Shown: positions 11,249-21,718, counted from the stretch's first letter. The stretch: DNA of 64,000 nucleotides from Calditrichota bacterium (GCA_018263585.1 JAANWZ010000130.1:14062-78061); one strand, 5' to 3'. Notes: generated by a model from the sequence alone, not told the origin. Numbers and translations: made by a program.

Positions 11249-11305
11249 GAATCATCTCCCGCCAGACCGTGTGGATTCGCCCATTAGGCCCTGAGGAGCC
11301 GACTC

Positions 11306-12778
11306 ATGTTCGACAGTCTGATCGCTGATATGCATGTGAGCCGCCTGATCCCGGAGATATTCGTGATCGGGCTCGCGCTCGTCGCCATCCTCGTCGATGT
11401 GGTCCTCCCGCGCGGCCGGAGCACTCGCGGCGTGCAGATCACCGTGCTGATCGGCCTGTTCGCCGTGATCGCCGCCACCGTGCTCGGCAAGGAAAACACC
11501 GGCGAAGCGTTCGGCGGGATGGTGGTCGTGGACGGGTTCACCTTCTTCTTCCGGCTCCTGCTTGCGATCATCACGTTCCTCGTCGTGCTCGTGAGTGAAC
11601 ATTACATCGAGCGGCTCAACATCCGGATCGCGGAATACTACCTGCTGTTGCTGTTCAGCCTGTTCGGGATGCTGCTGATGGCGATGGCGCAGGATCTGCT
11701 CATCGTGTTTCTCGGGATCGAGACGATGTCTGTGTCGCTGTACGCGCTCGTCGGACTCTCGCGGCAGAAGCACACGTCGAACGAGGGCGCGATCAAGTAC
11801 TTCCTGCTCGGCGCGTTCACGACCGCGATTTTCGTCTATGGGATCGCACTCATGTTCGGCGTCGTCGGCTCGACGAACATCAACGACATCGTGACCTTCC
11901 TCAGCGGACTCGGCGACTCGATGCCGCTGCTCGCGTGGGCGGGCGCCGGGTTGATCCTGATCGGGTTCGGGTTCAAAGCGGCGCTTGTCCCGTTCCACTG
12001 GTGGAGCCCGGACGCGTACGAGGGCGCGCCGACCACGATCACCGCGTTCATGTCCACCGCGCCGAAAGCCGCAGCGTTCGCCGCGTTTCTCCGTGTCTTC
12101 TACATCGCGTTCGGCGAGATGTGGGGTGAGTGGACGGTCGTGCTCTGGTGGATCGCGGTGCTCACGATGACGTTCGGCAACCTGCTCGCGCTCCGCCAGG
12201 ACAGCGTGAAACGAATGCTTGCGTTCTCGAGCATCACGCACGCCGGTTATCTCGTGATCGCGCTGCTCACGTTCGACCGGATCGGGGCGGCGGCGATGCT
12301 CTTCTACCTCGTCGTCTATGCGCTGATGAACCTCGGTGCGTTCCTCATCGCGATCGCGGTCAACCGTGACGAAAGCGAGGAGAAGGGCTACTGGTTCGAC
12401 GACTACAAGGGGCTGGTGTTCCGCAAACCCGCGCTCGCGCTCGCGATGCTCGTGTTCATGCTCGCGCTCGCGGGGATTCCGCCGACCGCCGGCTTCTTCG
12501 GGAAATACTACATATTCGCCTCGGCCGTGAACGCCGGCTTCGTCGGGCTCGCGGTGATCGGCGTGCTCAACAGCGCGGTGAGCGTGTACTACTACCTGCG
12601 GCTCGTCGTTTACATGTTCCTCCGCGACCGCGAGGCGCGCGAGCGCGAGGGGCCGCTTTGGATCACGGACGAGATCACGAACGTCGTCTTCCTCTGCCTC
12701 GTGCTCGTCCTGCTCGTCGGCCTGTTCCCGGACGCGCTGCTCACGTTCGCGACGAACTCGGTGAAGATGCTGCTCTGA
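11306..12778 (+). CDS. nuoN: NADH-quinone oxidoreductase subunit N (antiporter-like)
   Basis: 490 aa ND2-family membrane protein. GAGGAG RBS. Confidence 0.88.
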   Translation: MFDSLIADMHVSRLIPEIFVIGLALVAILVDVVLPRGRSTRGVQITVLIGLFAVIAATVLGKENTGEAFGGMVVVDGFTFFFRLLLAIITFLVVLVSEHYIERLNIRIAEYYLLLLFSLFGMLLMAMAQDLLIVFLGIETMSVSLYALVGLSRQKHTSNEGAIKYFLLGAFTTAIFVYGIALMFGVVGSTNINDIVTFLSGLGDSMPLLAWAGAGLILIGFGFKAALVPFHWWSPDAYEGAPTTITAFMSTAPKAAAFAAFLRVFYIAFGEMWGEWTVVLWWIAVLTMTFGNLLALRQDSVKRMLAFSSITHAGYLVIALLTFDRIGAAAMLFYLVVYALMNLGAFLIAIAVNRDESEEKGYWFDDYKGLVFRKPALALAMLVFMLALAGIPPTAGFFGKYYIFASAVNAGFVGLAVIGVLNSAVSVYYYLRLVVYMFLRDREAREREGPLWITDEITNVVFLCLVLVLLVGLFPDALLTFATNSVKMLL

Positions 12779-12920
12779 GTGAATGCCCGCGGGGACGGGC
12801 GCCGGCCCGTCACCGCGGTTGATCCAACGGTGCTGAACTGCGCCGGTGTCGAACCGCGGTTGCGTCCCCCTTCTCGCTCCGGCTTCCGCGAGACGGGAGC
12901 GCCCGAGGTCCTCCTGCCTG

Positions 12921-13223
12921 TTACGCCAGCTTCTGCTTCACCGATTCGACTTTCCGCTCCATCGACTGCGCTGCGTCGCGGCGGTCATCGATCTTGATCA
13001 CAGTGCTGATCCGCGGCGCGCCCGCTTCGACGAGCGCCACGTGCATCTTCTTCGCCACGTCGAACAGGTCGTCGATCTCCCCTTCGACGGTGGTGAACAT
13101 CGGGCCGAGCTCGTACTTGACACGCTTGTCCCGGCGCAGCACATCGACCGCTTTCGCGACATGTTCGCTCAGGCTCGTGTTGTCCCTGCCGGAAGCAGCG
13201 ACGCTGATCGCGAGGATCGCCAT
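12921..13223 (-). CDS. MTH1187/YkoF-family (DUF77) small protein
   Basis: 100 aa (MAILAISVAASGRDNTSLSEHVAKAVDVL...TVEGEIDDLFDVAKKMH) matches the thiamine-binding YkoF/MTH1187 fold family. Convergent with nuoN. Confidence 0.6.
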   Translation of the reverse strand: MAILAISVAASGRDNTSLSEHVAKAVDVLRRDKRVKYELGPMFTTVEGEIDDLFDVAKKMHVALVEAGAPRISTVIKIDDRRDAAQSMERKVESVKQKLA

Positions 13224-13458
13224 GTGAATGCCTCCGTCTGTTCGCCGACGCTCGCTCCTACTCGAAAGTGAGAGTGTCCCCGGGCGGCTCGCAACGCCCG
13301 GCGCGCGCACTCCGTCGAACCGGGAGGAAACAAGCCGGGCGTTGGCGCGTCCAACAACGGGCACAGGCGCGGGAGACTCGACCGACCGCCGGCTTGCGTC
13401 GAAACGGCCCGGGCCGTAGCTTCACATTCTCGTGCAACAGAGAACCAGGGACAGAGCG

Positions 13459-13674
13459 ATGAAGAAGGACATCCATCCGGACTATCATTACGTGCAGGTG
13501 ACGTGCGCCTGCGGCGAGCAGTGGCATACACGGAGCACGCAGCCGGGGGAGATCAAGGTCGAGATCTGCTCCAACTGCCACCCGTTCTTCACGGGCAAAC
13601 AGAAACTCGTTGACACGGCCGGCCGTGTTGACAAATTCTACCGGAAGTACGGGATAAAGGCGCAGGAAGGATGA
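13459..13674 (+). CDS. rpmE: 50S ribosomal protein L31
   Basis: [10 protein letters not shown]...[13 protein letters not shown] is the canonical L31 sequence, with the Zn-ribbon CxxC..CxxC. Confidence 0.92.
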   Translation: MKKDIHPDYHYVQVTCACGEQWHTRSTQPGEIKVEICSNCHPFFTGKQKLVDTAGRVDKFYRKYGIKAQEG

Positions 13675-14684
13675 GTCCGTCCCGGCGGCGGAACGGTCGG
13701 GAACAGCGCAAGCCGATGGTCGGCGGGCAGGCGGTGCTCGAGGGCGTGATGATGCGCTCGCCGTGGCGCGTGGCGGTCGCGGTGCGCAGTCCGGACGGCG
13801 CCGTGATCACCCGCGGCCGGCCGTTCGTCAGCCTCACGAAACGCCGCAAGTTGTTCGGGCTGCCGGTTGTCCGCGGCGCGATCGGGCTGTTCGAGGCGCT
13901 GCGGATCGGGATGGACGCGCTCTCATGGTCGGCGCGGATCGCAGATCCGGAGAGCGAGGAAAAGCGGCGCGGAAAGCCGGTGCCGTGGGATACGGTCCTC
14001 TCGATCACGTTCGCGCTCGTGCTCGCGGTCGGCCTGTTCATGCTCGTGCCCTACCTGGCGGCATCCGCGACCCCTGCCGAACAGAACCCGTTCCTGTTTC
14101 ACCTGATCGCCGGCGGGCTGCGTGTCACGCTGCTCATCCTCTACATGGTCGCGATCTCGCTGCTGCCCGACATCACGCGCGTGTTCCAGTATCACGGCGC
14201 CGAGCACAAGAGCATCTTCGCCTGGGAGCGCGACCTCGAGCTCGTCAACGGCAACGCGTGCGCGATGAGCCGGTTCCACCCGCGCTGCGGCACGAGTTTC
14301 CTCCTGCTCGCGGCGGTGTTGACAATGATCGGGTTCGCCTTCTTTGACGCGGCGTGGGCGGTGTGGATCGGCGACTACGCGAACGTGTTCCAGCGCCTGC
14401 TCGTTCACCTGCCCGCGATCCCGCTGATCGCCGGACTCGCGTACGAAGTGCTGAGGATCGTCGAAAGGCACGCGGACGAGCCGCTCTGGCAACCGCTGGT
14501 GAAGCCCGGGTTCTCGCTGCAGCGGATCACGACCCGCGAACCGGACGCCGCTCAAGTCGATGTCGCGCTCCATTCCCTCCGCGAAGCGCTGGTGAAGGAC
14601 GAGGGGGCGCACGAGGGCCCGGCCCGGTGCGAACTCGGCGCCGAGGACAGACCCGGCGAGCTCCGCCAGCCCGCGCACGCGTGA
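13671..14684 (+). CDS. DUF1385 (YqhQ-like) membrane protein
   Basis: ATGA overlap with the rpmE stop. QYHGAEHK motif. Multiple TM helices. Confidence 0.6.
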   Translation: MSPSRRRNGREQRKPMVGGQAVLEGVMMRSPWRVAVAVRSPDGAVITRGRPFVSLTKRRKLFGLPVVRGAIGLFEALRIGMDALSWSARIADPESEEKRRGKPVPWDTVLSITFALVLAVGLFMLVPYLAASATPAEQNPFLFHLIAGGLRVTLLILYMVAISLLPDITRVFQYHGAEHKSIFAWERDLELVNGNACAMSRFHPRCGTSFLLLAAVLTMIGFAFFDAAWAVWIGDYANVFQRLLVHLPAIPLIAGLAYEVLRIVERHADEPLWQPLVKPGFSLQRITTREPDAAQVDVALHSLREALVKDEGAHEGPARCELGAEDRPGELRQPAHA

Positions 14685-14744
14685 CTAAGTCCTCCAGCAA
14701 TTCCTGAAATATCCAGAGTTTCTGGCCCATTCCCGGAGTGATAC

Positions 14745-15269
14745 GTGAAGTCACGCACACGTGAACATGCTACGTTCGGCCATCGCACGCTGAGCGAGGC
14801 GGTCGCCGCGGAGCTCGTGGACAAGCTCGGCGAATACTACCTGCCGTGGATCCGCGAGGCGCTCAGCGCCGTCGATGACGCGACCTTGTGGACCCGTCCG
14901 CTCCCCGGCGTGAACAGCATCGGCAACCTGCTGCTCCACCTCGAGGGCAACGTGCGCCAGTGGGTGCAGCACGGCCTCGGAGGCGCTGCGGATCGGCGCG
15001 ACCGTGACGGCGAGTTCGCCGCCGACTCCGGCCCCGACCGCTGGTCACTCTATGAGAGACTCGCGCGGACAGTCGGCGAAGCGTGCGAGATCATCCGGTC
15101 GCCGCGCAGCGATGACGAGTGGCTGCGCGAACGGACGATCCAGCGATTCCGCACCACGACCTTCGCCGCCGCGATCCACGTCGTCGAGCACTTCGCTTAC
15201 CACACCGGACAGATCGTCTGCGTCGCAAAGATCGCCTCCGGCCGCGATCTCAAGTTCTATCACCTGTGA
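14745..15269 (+). CDS. DinB/YfiT-like (DinB_2, DUF1572) metal-dependent hydrolase family protein
   Basis: GTG start with GGAG RBS. HLxGN...H motifs of the DinB four-helix bundle (LLLHLEGNV, VEHFAYHTGQ). Confidence 0.55.
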   Translation: MKSRTREHATFGHRTLSEAVAAELVDKLGEYYLPWIREALSAVDDATLWTRPLPGVNSIGNLLLHLEGNVRQWVQHGLGGAADRRDRDGEFAADSGPDRWSLYERLARTVGEACEIIRSPRSDDEWLRERTIQRFRTTTFAAAIHVVEHFAYHTGQIVCVAKIASGRDLKFYHL

Positions 15270-15458
15270 GCGGCGCCCGTTCTCGCCGGCGGCTCATGCT
15301 CTCGCCTCGACTACCCGAGCGGCGAGAATTCGGCGTTCCGAACTCCGTGAAACCCGAGCACTTTCGACGTATATTTATCGCTTGCGAGCATCCGGTTGTG
15401 CCGTTCGCTCAGCCACTTGCATGGGCCGGAACTTTGATCGCATCCGGACGGCCGAGCC

Positions 15459-15626
15459 GTCATTCTGAAGCCGGCTTCACGCGTCTGTCTGCGTGAAGGC
15501 GGGTGGAGAAGGTCCACGTTATCCAAGGGTCATTTCACGAGTTTCATGGTATCCTCCACCCTTGTCGAAGCTGGACCTTCTTCCCTTCGCCCGACAAACG
15601 GACGTCGGGCTTCGGTCAGAATGACG
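15459..15626. repeat. MITE/REP-like element, copy D
   Basis: GTCATTCTGAAGCC...GGTCAGAATGAC. Reverse complement of copy F. Confidence 0.8.
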
Positions 15627-15720
15627 CCCTTTCCACCCGCTATTTTGCTCCCGGCTGAGCCAAAGGGATGACCGGATGCGAGCAGGCGTCGAAGCGAGTG
15701 CAGCGTGTACGGAAGGGACG

Positions 15721-16230
15721 ATGAGCCCGGAGCAGTACAACATCGACGAAGTGTTCGAGATGGCGGAACAGCTCGAGCGCAACGGCGCGCGTTTCTACCG
15801 CACCGCCGCGCGCCGCGCCGAGCGCGACATCGCCAACGAGATGCTGCTCGAACTCGCTGCGATGGAGGACGACCACGAGCGCGTGTTCATGCGGATGCGC
15901 GAACGGATCGCGCGCCGGGAGTTCGGCGACGTGTACTACGATCCGGAAGGCGAGGCCGGGCGCTACATCCAGGCGATGATGCACGGGCGCGTGTTCGGCG
16001 TCGAGGGCGATCCGTCGCGCGCGATCCAGCCCGGCGAGCCGCTCGACAGCATCCTGCGCACGGCGATCCTGCTCGAAAAAGACACGATCGCGTACTATTC
16101 GGGGATCAAGCTCGTGATGCCGGAGGACTTGGGCAGGGACAGGGTGGACTCGATCATCCGCGAGGAGATGAGCCATGTCACCCTGCTCAACCGCCGGCTC
16201 GAGCAGACGTTGAAACAGGGCGGGCGTTGA
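15721..16230 (+). CDS. Rubrerythrin/ferritin-like domain protein
   Basis: Paired EXXH-type helices (ELAAMEDDHERVF, REEMSHVTLL) typical of the ferritin-like diiron superfamily. Confidence 0.5.
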   Translation: MSPEQYNIDEVFEMAEQLERNGARFYRTAARRAERDIANEMLLELAAMEDDHERVFMRMRERIARREFGDVYYDPEGEAGRYIQAMMHGRVFGVEGDPSRAIQPGEPLDSILRTAILLEKDTIAYYSGIKLVMPEDLGRDRVDSIIREEMSHVTLLNRRLEQTLKQGGR

Positions 16231-16292
16231 GCGCCGCCAAGGTGGGAACGCGGGCCGCGGGGACGGCTCGCCAGTCATTCGGAGGAGCAAGT

Positions 16293-16772
16293 ATGCAGAT
16301 TATGCGTGGCATTCTGACGGCGTTGATCGTGCTCGCGGTCGCCGCCTGTTCGAGCAGCGATCAGCCGGCGGAGGAGATGGAAACCGCCGCCGTGATCGAG
16401 AAAGGCGAGCCGATCACAATCACCGACGTGACGTCGATCGACTCGATGATGGCGAACCCCGATCAGTACCTGAACAAGCATGTGCGGATCGAGGGTGAAG
16501 TGATGGGCCGTTGCGAAGGGAGCGGCTGCTGGATCTCGCTCGACCGCGGCGAGGAAAGCGAAGGGCTGATCGTCCAGGCCGCCGACCGCTCGTTCATCTT
16601 CCCCGAGGATTGCGTCGGCAAGCGCGTTGTCGTGCAGGGTGCGCTGATGCTTCACAACCCGGAGGAGATCGCGGAGCACGAACACGAGATGGGGGAAGGC
16701 GAGGAGAAGGACCACACCTGCCCGAACCCGGAGTACTTCTTCGCGCCGGAGGGGTTGAAGGTCACGTCCTGA
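16293..16772 (+). CDS. Lipoprotein, DUF4920-like, Cys/His-rich
   Basis: GGAGGAG RBS. Signal peptide plus lipobox (LAVAAC). CEGSGC and HTCPNP motifs. Confidence 0.5.
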   Translation: MQIMRGILTALIVLAVAACSSSDQPAEEMETAAVIEKGEPITITDVTSIDSMMANPDQYLNKHVRIEGEVMGRCEGSGCWISLDRGEESEGLIVQAADRSFIFPEDCVGKRVVVQGALMLHNPEEIAEHEHEMGEGEEKDHTCPNPEYFFAPEGLKVTS

Positions 16773-16850
16773 CGCGAACGCTCGTATTGCGAGCGATGGG
16801 CGGGCACTTCCGGGTGACCGCCGTATCTCGTGCTTCTACCCGGGGACATG

Positions 16851-17522
16851 CTACGGCAACCGCTCCGGCTGGCCGCTGAGCGCGTAGGCGATGATGTTCA
16901 CGCCCATCTGCAGCGCGGCCTCGCGTTTCGCCGCGGGGACGTTGTGCACGTCCGCATCCTCCCACCCGTCGCCGAGATCCGTCTGGTACGTGTAGTAGAG
17001 CACGACGCGGCCGTCGATCACGATCGCGTAGCCCTGCGCCGGTTCGCCGTCGTGCTTGTGGATCTTCGGCGGGCCGTCGGGGAACGGGAACACCATGTGG
17101 TAGATCGGGTGATCGTACGGCAGCTCGACCAGTTCCTCCTCCGGGAATACCTTGCTGATCTCCCGGCGGAACGACTCGTCGAGCCCGTAGTTGTCGTCCA
17201 CGTGCATGAACCCGCCGCCGAGCAGGTAGTCGCGCAGCCGGCCCGTCTCTTCCTTCGAAAACCGGATGTTCCCGTGCCCGGTCAGGTACAGGTACGGGTA
17301 GCGGAACAGGTCTTCGTCCATCAGCCGGACGACCTTTTCCTTTTCCGCTGTCTCAACGCCGAGCGTTTCCTCGAGGTAACGCTGGAGGTTGGCGAGCGAG
17401 GTCGGGTCGCCGTACCAGTCGCCGCCGCCGTCGTAGTGAACCCGTGCGATCGCGAACGGTTCGGCGGCGGCGGTTGCCGCGAGCGTGGCCAGCAGTGCGA
17501 GTGCGGCAATCAGAATACGCAT
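16851..17522 (-). CDS. DUF4159-domain secreted protein
   Basis: Signal peptide MRILIAALALLATLAATAAA. Conserved YYTYQTDLGDGWED region typical of DUF4159. Confidence 0.55.
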   Translation of the reverse strand: MRILIAALALLATLAATAAAEPFAIARVHYDGGGDWYGDPTSLANLQRYLEETLGVETAEKEKVVRLMDEDLFRYPYLYLTGHGNIRFSKEETGRLRDYLLGGGFMHVDDNYGLDESFRREISKVFPEEELVELPYDHPIYHMVFPFPDGPPKIHKHDGEPAQGYAIVIDGRVVLYYTYQTDLGDGWEDADVHNVPAAKREAALQMGVNIIAYALSGQPERLP

Positions 17523-17580
17523 CAGCAGTTGAGCTCTCGTCGGTGGATATGATCCGACTCGTGTACTCGGCGAACCGCGA

Positions 17581-18231
17581 CTATTCTCCGCCGCTCGGTT
17601 CAAACCGCACGAGATCGAAGAGCAGACCGTTCATGTCCTCGCGGACGACGCCGATGTCCTCGCTGAAGTACGTGTACGTCGTGTCAGTGGACGGGGGAAG
17701 CGGTGGATACTCCTGGACCTTAATGTCACGCACGACGAGGGTTTCGTACGTGCCCGAGTCGAGCTCGAGCGCATGTTCCGTCGCGATGATCTCGGAATCC
17801 ACGTAGTAGGTGGCGGTCTGCGAGCTGTTGTCCACCTTGCGCCAGGTTCGTTCCTCTTCGAGCGGCGCCTGCAGTTCGAGCAACTGGTCATCGAAGTTCT
17901 CGTAGATCGACACGTACAGGTTCTTCCCGGCCCAGCGCGCGTACTGCTTGCTCGTCTCGTTCTGCCGGTACACGTCGAACTCGCATTCCATCCCGTTCAC
18001 AGACGTTTCGTACTCGATGATCGTGTACGTGAACTCGACGCCTGCGTTGTTCTCGTACACCCACGTGTGTCCGAGTTGCATCGGGTAGAACTTGCGCGCC
18101 TGCTCGTACGACTGATTCTGCTCGATATTCGTCGGCTGGGGAGTCTGCGTTCCGCACGCGGTCGGGATCAGCAGTGCGGCGAGGGCAACTGCGAGTATCT
18201 CAAAACGGGATGATTTGGCGGCCGAGCGCAT
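17581..18231 (-). CDS. Hypothetical lipoprotein
   Basis: Signal peptide plus lipobox (LLIPTAC). Tyr/Thr/Glu-rich with good GC3. No family recognised. Confidence 0.45.
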   Translation of the reverse strand: MRSAAKSSRFEILAVALAALLIPTACGTQTPQPTNIEQNQSYEQARKFYPMQLGHTWVYENNAGVEFTYTIIEYETSVNGMECEFDVYRQNETSKQYARWAGKNLYVSIYENFDDQLLELQAPLEEERTWRKVDNSSQTATYYVDSEIIATEHALELDSGTYETLVVRDIKVQEYPPLPPSTDTTYTYFSEDIGVVREDMNGLLFDLVRFEPSGGE

Positions 18232-19252
18232 CGAGCACCTTCGCAAGAAGTTGACGCCGTTCCCGGTACGGCAGAAACGCGGATTTGAACCCCATCACGA
18301 TCAGGTCCTTGATCCCGCGCTTCGTGAACCCGAGATGATCCTGTGCGAGCGCGAGTTCACGGGAAACGGTGGTGTTGGACATCAGTGTGTTGTCCGTGTT
18401 CACCGTCACCCGCAAGCCCTGATCAAAGTAAAACTTGATCGGATGCTGCTCCAAATCGGGGACGGCGCCGACATGGACGTTCGACGACAGGCAGCACTCG
18501 AGCGGGATGCGGTGGTCGTTCACGTAGTTGAGCAGATCGCCGTCCTCTTTCAGCCGCGTGCCGTGACCGATCCGGTGCGCGTTCAGGTCGTGCAGCGCCT
18601 GGCGGATGCTCGCCGGCCCCCACGCCTCGCCCGCGTGCACGGTGCACGGAATGTTGTTCTTCCGGATCAGGTAGAACGCGTCCGCGTGGTCCTTCGCCGG
18701 GTACGAGTCCTCCTGGCCGGCGAGGTCGAAACCGACGACGCCGCGTCCCTTGTAGGAGATCGTGAGCTCCGCCAGTTGCAGTGACGTCGACGGGTCGATC
18801 GAACGGATCCCGCACACGATCACACCCGTCCGGATCCCCGTCTTCCGTTCGCCATCGTGCAACCCGGCGAGCACGGCGTCCATCACGCGCACAAGCGAGA
18901 GCCCGAGCCGCTGGTGCAGCACCGGCGAGAACCGCACCTCCAGGTACCAGACACCGTCGTCCCACGCGTCCTCGCACAGTTCGGTCGCGATCCTCGCGAT
19001 GTCCTCTTCCTGCTGCATCACGGAGAGCGTGAGCTCGAACGCCTCGAGATAGTCGGCGAGCGAGCCCGGCCTGCTCCCGGCCGCGATGATGCGCCCGAGC
19101 TCTTCGGGATCGTGGGCGGGGAGGCTGACGCCGCGTTTCTCCGCGATTGCGACCATTGTCCGCGGGCGCAGCGACCCGTCGAGGTGACGATGGAGATCGG
19201 TCTTCGGAAGAGACCTGATCTCTTCCAGTGTGAAGCGGTTTGACTCAGTCAT
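18200..19252 (-). CDS. add: Adenosine deaminase
   Basis: HRHLDGSL metal-binding motif, CTVHAGE, and SxNxxxxxDD near the C-terminus. The start could instead be the upstream ATG at 19285. Confidence 0.85.
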   Translation of the reverse strand: MTESNRFTLEEIRSLPKTDLHRHLDGSLRPRTMVAIAEKRGVSLPAHDPEELGRIIAAGSRPGSLADYLEAFELTLSVMQQEEDIARIATELCEDAWDDGVWYLEVRFSPVLHQRLGLSLVRVMDAVLAGLHDGERKTGIRTGVIVCGIRSIDPSTSLQLAELTISYKGRGVVGFDLAGQEDSYPAKDHADAFYLIRKNNIPCTVHAGEAWGPASIRQALHDLNAHRIGHGTRLKEDGDLLNYVNDHRIPLECCLSSNVHVGAVPDLEQHPIKFYFDQGLRVTVNTDNTLMSNTTVSRELALAQDHLGFTKRGIKDLIVMGFKSAFLPYRERRQLLAKVLDALGRQIIPF

Positions 19253-19514
19253 GGGATACTCTGCGAGAGTAACTGATTCAAGCAACGATCACGCGGGTCG
19301 TACACGCGGCACTCGATGAACGCGCCCGATCAGGGCCCATGCAGCAACTGGCGGCGGATGTCACGGCTGAGCCGGCGTGTTGTCTCCGCGGGCAAATCGT
19401 GCCACATGCCGTGCACCATAGGCGTTGACTTTTCCGGGCCCTCATTCACACGGACGACTTCCACCTTCGCGCGGGGCATATCATTGAACAGCGGATCGTT
19501 CGACGCAATCGTGA

Positions 19515-19802
19515 TCATCTCCTCCGGCTCGATCTCCCGCGGCGCGTCGAAGAAAAGCAGAGATGATCTGCGCGGGGATGCGCACGAGCAAGCGCGGCGC
19601 GGTTCGTTTCGTCGTCGCCCCCTCCGGCGGACCGTACCGCTGGCGGACGAGCGTGCGCGCGCGAACGCATCCGCCATTCACGCAGTGCGAGCACGAACGC
19701 GATCACGAGGAACGCGAGCAGGATCACTACGGCGAACACATCCCAGAAACTCAGCTCTTCCGGCTGCTGAAAAAAGCCCAGAATATCCTGCAGGCGTTCC
19801 AT
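19515..19802 (-). CDS. Small single-TM membrane protein, possibly frameshifted into the downstream frame (19330..19677)
   Basis: N-terminal TM helix (FWDVFAVVILLAFLVIAFVLAL). Then Arg-rich low complexity. An adjacent overlapping frame encodes a plausible ~75 aa C-terminal domain. Confidence 0.3.
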   Translation of the reverse strand: MERLQDILGFFQQPEELSFWDVFAVVILLAFLVIAFVLALREWRMRSRAHARPPAVRSAGGGDDETNRAALARAHPRADHLCFSSTRRGRSSRRR

Positions 19803-19971
19803 AATCGCAATCCGCGAAGTCCGTACCGGGGTTGCGTTTTCTGCTTCGCAACCGGACGTTCACCGGAGCGGTGACCGTGACAAATGAGTGGTGGAAAATA
19901 GCAAGGAACCGCGCGCCAGCCAAACCCGAATACGCGTAACGCAAATCCGCACGGGCCGCGGCTCCCGCAGG

Positions 19972-21078
19972 CTACGCCCGCACGCCGCTTACGAGCCGGA
20001 TCGGGTTCGAGTAGATCCAGCCGCGCCCGCGCCGGTGCACTTCCACGCGATAGACGCCCGGCAGATCGGTCTCGTAGCTGAGAGAGCGCCCGCGCGCCCG
20101 CAACAGCAGGCGGCCGTCGCGCAAAAGGTGGATGCGCCCGGGCAGCGGTGTGCGCGCGCGAAACCGGGTGCGACGCCCGGCCGGCAACGTGGAGACCGGC
20201 AGGCAGCGGCCGCCCGCATGTTCGGCGAAGAAGCGAAACCCGTGCGGGTCGCCGCCGCGGTGGTTCGCGCCGAAGTGACGGCCGCTGCGCAGCGCGCCGA
20301 ACACCTGGTCGCGCGCCCGTGCGTAGTCGTGCCGCGCGAGCGGTTCGTCCAAAAGCAGATGGGTGAGCAGGCTGCGGAACTGGACCTTGTAGTGGAACAC
20401 CTTCACCCGCACGAGCCCGCGCAGCAGCGGGTACCGGATCGCGTGCGCGTCCACGCCGACATACCCGACCACCGGCCGCTCGCGGTTGAGCCGGTCCCAG
20501 CTCGCGAGCGTGGCCGCGGACGGTTGCGTGAGGCTCTTAAGCGGATGGATGAACCTGTGATAGCGGTTGAACCGGGTCAGCCCCTCGACCCACTGGCTGA
20601 GCTGGTTCCAGATCTCGATCCCGTCGATCGGCGCGTTCCACTCGGTCCACGGGTACGGCGGCATGTCCGCGAACTGGTCGCGCCGCTCGTGCGGGTGCGC
20701 GACCGCGCCGAATCCCCCCGCTTCATGCACGCGCTCGATCATGCGCGCCGGGTCGGACTGGTCGGGGACATCCTCGATGCCGAACGCGAGGTAGTGGTTC
20801 GGTCCGTGCTCGTTTCCGAGCTCGGATCCGATCAGCACCCACACATCGCCGTAGCGCCCGTATTCGCCGCGCGCGAACGCCTCCATGTGACAGTGGTCGG
20901 TGATGATCAGCCAGTCGAGCTCGCGTTCGCCGGCGTAGCGGGCGATCTCTCCGACCGTGCCGGTGCCGTCCGAATACGTCGTGTGCATGTGCAGCACGCC
21001 GGCGCACTCGTGGATCTCCCGCGGCGCGTGTTGGACGGCGGTTTCGAGTTCCCGGAGCCTTCTTGTCATGGCCGACAA
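19972..21078 (-). CDS. PHP-domain metal-dependent phosphoesterase
   Basis: LHMHTTYSDG, ITDH, and AHP motifs of the polymerase/histidinol-phosphatase family. Arg-rich C-terminus. Confidence 0.65.
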   Translation of the reverse strand: MSAMTRRLRELETAVQHAPREIHECAGVLHMHTTYSDGTGTVGEIARYAGERELDWLIITDHCHMEAFARGEYGRYGDVWVLIGSELGNEHGPNHYLAFGIEDVPDQSDPARMIERVHEAGGFGAVAHPHERRDQFADMPPYPWTEWNAPIDGIEIWNQLSQWVEGLTRFNRYHRFIHPLKSLTQPSAATLASWDRLNRERPVVGYVGVDAHAIRYPLLRGLVRVKVFHYKVQFRSLLTHLLLDEPLARHDYARARDQVFGALRSGRHFGANHRGGDPHGFRFFAEHAGGRCLPVSTLPAGRRTRFRARTPLPGRIHLLRDGRLLLRARGRSLSYETDLPGVYRVEVHRRGRGWIYSNPIRLVSGVRA

Positions 21079-21121
21079 TGTAGCGCGAACGGCGGGGGAG
21101 AGGGAGTGGGCCGGCGCGGAA

Positions 21122-21718
21122 TCAGAGCGCGAATGTAACGGTCATCCCCACCTGCACGCCGTCGCCGGAAGGCGCGCTCTCCACGTTCGGATCGATGCGG
21201 AAATCGTAGAGGTGGGCTTCGACGTACGCGTCGAACACGGACAGCAACGTGACACCGGCGGTCCACCACAGCAGCTTGTTGCGGTCGTCGCGGTAGAAGT
21301 TCGCGGTGCGCTCGAGCAGGCGCTGTTCCGCGTCCGTCTTCGTCTTCTCCGACAGCTCGCGCGCGTCGAGGTAACGGGTGTGCTGCACTGCGGCGCCGTA
21401 GAGGAACCCGACATCGACGCCCAGGAACACCGCAGCCTTGATCCAGTTTCCCGTGTACGCCTGCCCCCAGCCGGGGAGGATCGCGCTGCGCAACGCCGCG
21501 CCGGTCGGGCTCTTGCTGAGCGGGACGCCGTGCTCCACGCGCGCGCTGTCCATCCGCGAAATGCGGTACGCCGCCGGCCGCTCCACTCCGCGGGGAGCGG
21601 ACATACTGCTCGTGTCGGCCTGAGCGGAGCTGACATCCTGGGCGAACACAGGCGCCGGCCGCGACAGGATCGCGACGAGCGCGGCGAGCACGACCAGCCA
21701 GCGCGCCGCGCGCGTCAC
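21122..21718 (-). CDS. DUF5683-domain protein (secreted)
   Basis: Signal peptide. [19 protein letters not shown] motif characteristic of DUF5683. Confidence 0.55.
   Translation of the reverse strand: MTRAARWLVVLAALVAILSRPAPVFAQDVSSAQADTSSMSAPRGVERPAAYRISRMDSARVEHGVPLSKSPTGAALRSAILPGWGQAYTGNWIKAAVFLGVDVGFLYGAAVQHTRYLDARELSEKTKTDAEQRLLERTANFYRDDRNKLLWWTAGVTLLSVFDAYVEAHLYDFRIDPNVESAPSGDGVQVGMTVTFAL

Noticed and set aside
19888-21138. 416-aa + strand ORF antisense to the PHP-domain gene
   Set aside because: Antisense GC artefact. The minus-strand reading carries the PHP motifs.
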